NCBI GenBank assembly: GCA_001662655.1
Contig: KV460207.1
Reading direction: 5' to 3' (one strand)
Length of the DNA stretch: 64,000 nucleotides
From: Pseudogymnoascus verrucosus
Taxonomy: Eukaryota
The translations under genes and the position numbers were made by a program. Under the pieces are notes generated by a model. The model had not been told where the DNA came from. It was given only the letters and a program-made list of their open reading frames with translations, and searched no databases. Below are positions 63,853 through 64,000 of this stretch, in pieces (position 1 is the first letter of the stretch; each line of letters begins with the position of its first letter).

Positions 63853-64000
63853 GATGAAGTGTTGAAGTTGAGGTTGAACGCAATTGAACCTCAGCGTGTT
63901 TTGGGTCTTGGTGCCAGACTGGCAGCATCGTAGGTCGTGGGTGCACGGATAAATCTTGGCTGTGATGTCAACGGCTCGCGGCTCTACCCCTAACTAAATC

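Overview
Eukaryotic, intron-rich DNA from a filamentous ascomycete (Pezizomycotina, plausibly a Leotiomycete; the taxon is inferred from splice signals and protein style only). About 23 protein-coding genes are present, mostly housekeeping: TYR1, RPS14, AAR2, a small hypothetical, RPS16, SNF8, a CON7-like C2H2 factor, DBP2, THI20, an F-box-like/LRR protein, RAD9, RPL29, a DFGDF-motif hypothetical, a TBC RabGAP, a KH protein, TPT1, a disordered protein, GDH2, kynureninase, ATS1/KTI13, RPL7, ISA2 and GTB1. One intronic C/D snoRNA lies in RPL7. I found no tRNA, rRNA, CRISPR array or intact transposon. The most unusual signal is non-coding: several introns are 4-8 times the usual ~50-60 nt and contain nested helices or competing splice sites. 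TYR1 intron 1 has three donors, at least two acceptors and a helix touching a branch point. The SNF8 intron, both CON7 introns and two DBP2 introns are also structured. Several genes show a C-rich to G-rich polarity that resets at exons. Gene models and helices were read by eye; none was folded computationally or database-searched.
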